25,010 bases of DNA from a virus (taxonomy: Duplodnaviria; Caudoviricetes). Within the stretch, counting starts at the first letter, position 1, and each line of letters opens with the position of its first letter. The translations under genes were made by a program, and so were the position numbers. The DNA lies in the IMG/VR virus record IMGVR_UViG_3300014031_000065, positions 1 to 25,010 of that record. One strand, given 5' to 3'. Positions 21,266 through 25,010 of the stretch are shown here, one piece after another. The notes under the pieces were generated by a model. It was not told the DNA's origin and did not search any database. It worked only from the letters and a program-made list of their open reading frames with translations.

Positions 21266-22591
21266 ATGAAGACCTTGGAAGAAGTAACTTCGGCCCTCGT
21301 GGCACTAGAGACAAAGGCAACTGAGGCTCTAGCTGCTGTTGACACCGGCCAGACGACCGCTGCGGAAGCTAAGGCTCTCGTAGACGAACTCAAGCCTCAG
21401 ATCGAGGTTCTTACCGCAGATCGCGAAGCAGCAATGCGCGACGCTGAGGTAAAGGCTATGAAGGGCGAGCTTACCTCGCTGCAGTCCGTCATCGCGGACC
21501 TTCGCAAGCCTTCCGGCGAGTTCACCATCGCAACGGACGACGAGGGTAAGGCTCTTGACGAGTCCGACCCCTACGCTGCCGGCACTCTGTCCGTCTTCCA
21601 GGACATTCGCCTAGCCAACAAGGGCGACCAGAGCGCGAAGGAGCGCCTGACGCAGGGCTTCAAGTCCCTGAACTCCGAGGGTAAGGCCCTTACGGAGGGC
21701 ACGCAGGCACAAGGCGGCTACCTCGTTCGTCCTCAGGTCGAGCGCCAGATCGTTCTGGCCCGCGAGCTTGACAATGTTCTTCGCCAGCTCTGCTCCAAGC
21801 TGAACGTCACCAGCAACTCCATCTCCCTCGACCAGCTCGGTCTGACCACGACCGCTGGCTGGGTCGCGGAGCTTGCAGCCAAGCCTGAAACCACGGCGAT
21901 GACGCTGGCTACGGTCACCGCATCGGTGTTCACTGCCGCTGGTCTTGCAACCATCTCGAACCAGCTTCTTGCTGACTCCAACCCGGCCATCGACGGCCTT
22001 GTAACGTCCGACCTCGCAAAGCGCCTCGTAGCGCTTGAGGAAGCGGCGTTCATCAACGGCTCCGGTACGGGACAGCCGCTCGGCATCCTGAACACTCCGG
22101 GCATCGGCGCAACGTCGCTGACGCTGACGGCGATCACGGCCCTTCTGGACGCGATCCTCGACGCGGTTGCTCAAGTTGAGACCGACCACGGTACTCCGTC
22201 CGCCATCCTGATGCACCCGCGCACGTGGACCAGCATCCTCAAGTCCAAGGACGCGCAGGGCGCGTACTACATCGACCCGACTGGTGGTCCGACGGACCCC
22301 CGCACGAACCTCAGCGGCCCGGTCAAGTCCCTTTGGGGCTACCCGGTAGTCACGTCCAACCGCATCCCGACCAACCTCGGCACCGGTACCAACGAGTCCC
22401 GCGTCATCGTTGCTGACTTCCAGGAAGCGCTCATCCTGGACCGTCAGGGCATCACTGTAGACGAGTCGGCTCACGTCTACTTCACCACCAACCAGACCGT
22501 GTTCCGCGCCGAGCAGCGCGTAGGCTTCACGGCAGCCCGCACACCACTGGCGTTCAACGTCATTGGTGGAGCAGGACTAGCCAACAACTAG
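21266..22591 (+). CDS. Major capsid protein, HK97 fold
   Basis: Coiled-coil N-terminus; motifs GGYLV.P, WVAE, ISNQLLADS, FINGSGTGQPLGIL, MHP, LWGYPV, FRAEQR. Confidence 0.95.
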   Translation: MKTLEEVTSALVALETKATEALAAVDTGQTTAAEAKALVDELKPQIEVLTADREAAMRDAEVKAMKGELTSLQSVIADLRKPSGEFTIATDDEGKALDESDPYAAGTLSVFQDIRLANKGDQSAKERLTQGFKSLNSEGKALTEGTQAQGGYLVRPQVERQIVLARELDNVLRQLCSKLNVTSNSISLDQLGLTTTAGWVAELAAKPETTAMTLATVTASVFTAAGLATISNQLLADSNPAIDGLVTSDLAKRLVALEEAAFINGSGTGQPLGILNTPGIGATSLTLTAITALLDAILDAVAQVETDHGTPSAILMHPRTWTSILKSKDAQGAYYIDPTGGPTDPRTNLSGPVKSLWGYPVVTSNRIPTNLGTGTNESRVIVADFQEALILDRQGITVDESAHVYFTTNQTVFRAEQRVGFTAARTPLAFNVIGGAGLANN

Positions 22592-22607
22592 GCTCTAGGA
22601 GACCAAC

Positions 22608-22853
22608 ATGGCTGACGAAGCAACACCCAAGGCAACACCCAAGGCAGCAAAGTCCGCATCGGTCGATAGCCCGGTTGAGGTCTACGAGGTCAAGGAAGGC
22701 AACGTACACGAGGTCCACGTGACCACGGATCGCGTCATCACCGACCCCAACGACCCGCTGGCAGTCCAGACGGAGGGTGGCAGCGCCGTTCTGCCGCTTC
22801 CGATCCACGCGCTCGCAGGCCGCCACGTCGAAGACGTATTCAACGACGCGTAG
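22608..22853 (+). CDS. Small probable head-associated protein, 81 aa
   Basis: AGGAG RBS; follows the capsid gene and precedes a terminator. Confidence 0.8.
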   Translation: MADEATPKATPKAAKSASVDSPVEVYEVKEGNVHEVHVTTDRVITDPNDPLAVQTEGGSAVLPLPIHALAGRHVEDVFNDA

Positions 22854-22877
22854 CACTTCGCCATCGCTAGAAGGTCC

Positions 22878-22906
22878 AACAGCCACCCTAGGGTGGCTGT
22901 TGTCGT
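22878..22906 (+). terminator. Hairpin terminator after the capsid operon
   Basis: AACAGCCACC-CTAG-GGTGGCTGTT-GTCGTT. Confidence 0.75.
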
Positions 22907-22920
22907 TGTAGACTGTGTTT

Positions 22921-23991
22921 ATGACAGCAATCGCTCGGGAGCTTGACTACCCAGATCAGGCTGCCGATCAGGCGCTCGCCGATATTTTGGCGAAGCTGAA
23001 CGTGTCGCTGGCTGTTACCGGCCCGCTGACTGACGGGCAATTGCGCGCCAATCCGGTGCCCGTTGATGTTGGCGGTAACCTTGCAGTAACGGCGTCGTTC
23101 CAGTCCCGTGTGTCGTCCTTGAACGTCCCGACTACGCCGCTCGGCGCTAACGCTACCTTCACCGGATCGTGGGAAGATGTACGCGACTACGCCTCGATCG
23201 CAGCGGTAGTACTGACAGATCAAGCATCCGCCTACAACGGCGTGATTATCGACTTCTCAGACGACGGAGTAACCGCCCTCAGGTCGGTCGCCGCGACGAT
23301 TCCGGCGAATATCGGCACGTACTTCGAGTTGACTCCGGAGGCCCGCTACTTCCGGGTCAGGTACACGAACGGCCCGGTTGCGCAGACGATGATCCGGTCG
23401 CAGATCATTTTGCGCTTCAACACTCCTGGCTTGGTGCAGACTCCGCTTGGTGCTCCAACAAACGACCTGAACGTCGCCGGCATCACGAAGGCGCACTTGG
23501 CGGTTCGCAATCCGTCAACAGGTGGGTGGCAGCCGCTGTCGGCGGACACGACAGGCAAGGTAAACGTCCTCGGGCCTGCGACCGACGTGGAGCTTCGCGC
23601 TACGCCGCTGCCGGTCAGCAATACGAGCCTTCCGCTACCGTCCGGCGCGTCGACGGACACCACGCTGGCAGAGGTCCGTGATCGGTTGCCGACCGCCCTG
23701 GACACTGACGGCAGCATGAAGGTCGCAGACGTGTTCACGGGTGGCGAGGCGCTCGCGGACCAGACAGGCGACGGGACGGTCAAGACTTTCACGTTTGCTT
23801 CCCCGGTCGATCTGGTGTGGGTGCGTTGTGTGGCCGTAGCGGGAAGGTGTGACCCATTCGGTGGAACACCGTCGGCGTCGCAGGGGATTTACTGCGCGGC
23901 GGACGAGCCGAACCCAATGACTATTCGCACCAGCTCGGTCAAGGTGTTTGCGGCATCCGGGCAGATCAGTGTCTGGGGTTATCGAGGGTAA
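22921..23991 (+). CDS. Probable virion structural protein, 356 aa
   Basis: Long ORF; beta-rich; ARYFRVRYTNG motif; repeated GP.TD..LRA.P.PV; TAGACT 7 nt before the ATG. Confidence 0.8.
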   Translation: MTAIARELDYPDQAADQALADILAKLNVSLAVTGPLTDGQLRANPVPVDVGGNLAVTASFQSRVSSLNVPTTPLGANATFTGSWEDVRDYASIAAVVLTDQASAYNGVIIDFSDDGVTALRSVAATIPANIGTYFELTPEARYFRVRYTNGPVAQTMIRSQIILRFNTPGLVQTPLGAPTNDLNVAGITKAHLAVRNPSTGGWQPLSADTTGKVNVLGPATDVELRATPLPVSNTSLPLPSGASTDTTLAEVRDRLPTALDTDGSMKVADVFTGGEALADQTGDGTVKTFTFASPVDLVWVRCVAVAGRCDPFGGTPSASQGIYCAADEPNPMTIRTSSVKVFAASGQISVWGYRG

Positions 23992-25010
23992 TGCCTCGCA
24001 TCTTCCCGATCATCAAGAAGGTCACTAACGTCACTGGTGGCAATCTGCCTGCGGGAGCGATGGTCCTCGCTGAGGGCGCGCCATCCCTGCGGGTGATCGC
24101 GCCGGACATGATCCCTGGACAGTCTGAGGGCGTGGCGTTGCGGATGACAGCCCCGGATGCGATCAATACGCAGACTGAGGCGGTTATCGCCACGCTGCGG
24201 AACATTGGGGATTCCAGTCTAGTGCAGCAGGAAGCGGTCATCGCTCGTATTGCGGGGTTGGGTGACAGTCAGGCGGTGCCGTCGGAAACAACGCTGGCGG
24301 CGCTGGCCGCGTCGTTCGCGGACTCGCAGACATCGAATGCGAGTGGTGGTGGTGCGACGTATGCGACACCCGCGTTCGTAAAACAGCAAGGGCAGAACTC
24401 AGGGACGATTGTTGGCGGGACCGAGTTCACTGCCCTCTCCACTCCCACGGTGGGCAACGTGCTGGTGGTGCAGGCCGCTTCGTTGGGCGGCACGTCGGGG
24501 CAGGAGGCGTTGTCCTGCACCGACGACGCTACGCCACCGAACACGTACACCCGTGATCTGGTGACGTTGAACTCCACGAACGGGTCGCTGGTGTTCTTCT
24601 CCGCGAAAATCGTGAATGTCCCAAACAACGTCACGGTCACCTACGGGGCGAACACGAACGTCATGCTGCTGGTGGACGAGTTCTCCGGCATCTTGGCTGG
24701 TTCGGAGGGTGGCGTTGACCAGACGGCGGGCGGCAGCGGAACGGGCACGGCTGCAAGTTCGGGTGCAACCGCCGCGCTCACCGGGTCCAACGACATGGTG
24801 GTCGGCGGCATCTACTGCGGCAGCAACGGGTCGGTTTCGGCGGGGTCCGGGTACACACTCAGCGGCCAGGCGAACAACGCGATCATCGCTTCGACTGATG
24901 CCTCTGAGCGCAAGGTCCTGTCCGGCAGTACGGCGGCGCAAACTGCGACGTTCACTCTTAGCTCGAACGGCTGGGTCTGTTCGGTTGTCACCTACAAGGC
25001 GATCCAGACC
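23991..25010 (+). CDS. Partial Gly/Thr/Ser/Ala-rich virion or fibre-like protein (MPRIFPIIKKVTNV...), runs off the window
   Basis: TAATG coupling; frame open to the window end; absent from the ORF track because it has no stop. Confidence 0.8.
   Translation, partial: MPRIFPIIKKVTNVTGGNLPAGAMVLAEGAPSLRVIAPDMIPGQSEGVALRMTAPDAINTQTEAVIATLRNIGDSSLVQQEAVIARIAGLGDSQAVPSETTLAALAASFADSQTSNASGGGATYATPAFVKQQGQNSGTIVGGTEFTALSTPTVGNVLVVQAASLGGTSGQEALSCTDDATPPNTYTRDLVTLNSTNGSLVFFSAKIVNVPNNVTVTYGANTNVMLLVDEFSGILAGSEGGVDQTAGGSGTGTAASSGATAALTGSNDMVVGGIYCGSNGSVSAGSGYTLSGQANNAIIASTDASERKVLSGSTAAQTATFTLSSNGWVCSVVTYKAIQT

Noticed and set aside
22620-22647. Tandem repeat GCAACACCCAAG
   Set aside because: It encodes ATPK-ATPK, a low-complexity protein linker
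1-25010. CRISPR array, integrase or transposase
   Set aside because: No regularly spaced repeats and no recognisable recombinase motifs

Overview
High-GC tailed-phage DNA. The host is probably an actinobacterium, inferred from the GC content and many leaderless genes behind TGnTAnnnT promoters. (1) 1-3800: small divergent early-type genes, including a GP88-family Cys-rich protein, around a palindrome-rich intergenic gap. (2) 4200-11700: a translation-RNA island. It holds an 80-nt tmRNA reduced to its tRNA-like domain with no tag reading frame, directly followed by a compact (~278 nt) RNase P RNA. It also holds about 35 tRNA genes in three arrays covering all 20 amino acids plus an initiator, almost all lacking encoded CCA, and several unexplained structured RNAs. 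Opposite-strand genes for a CCA-adding/HD enzyme and metallophosphoesterases are interleaved. (3) 11700-13900: a leftward operon with a phosphoesterase and a MazG-like NTP pyrophosphohydrolase. (4) 14200-25010: portal-MuF fusion, class II ribonucleotide reductase with a Pro1/Cys-F4 LAGLIDADG intein, HK97-type prohead protease, major capsid protein and further virion proteins. The main result is an apparently self-contained phage tRNA supply and maturation system (RNase P RNA, CCA enzyme, full tRNA set) together with a tag-less mini-tmRNA. All RNA folds and family calls were made by eye; no database search was run.
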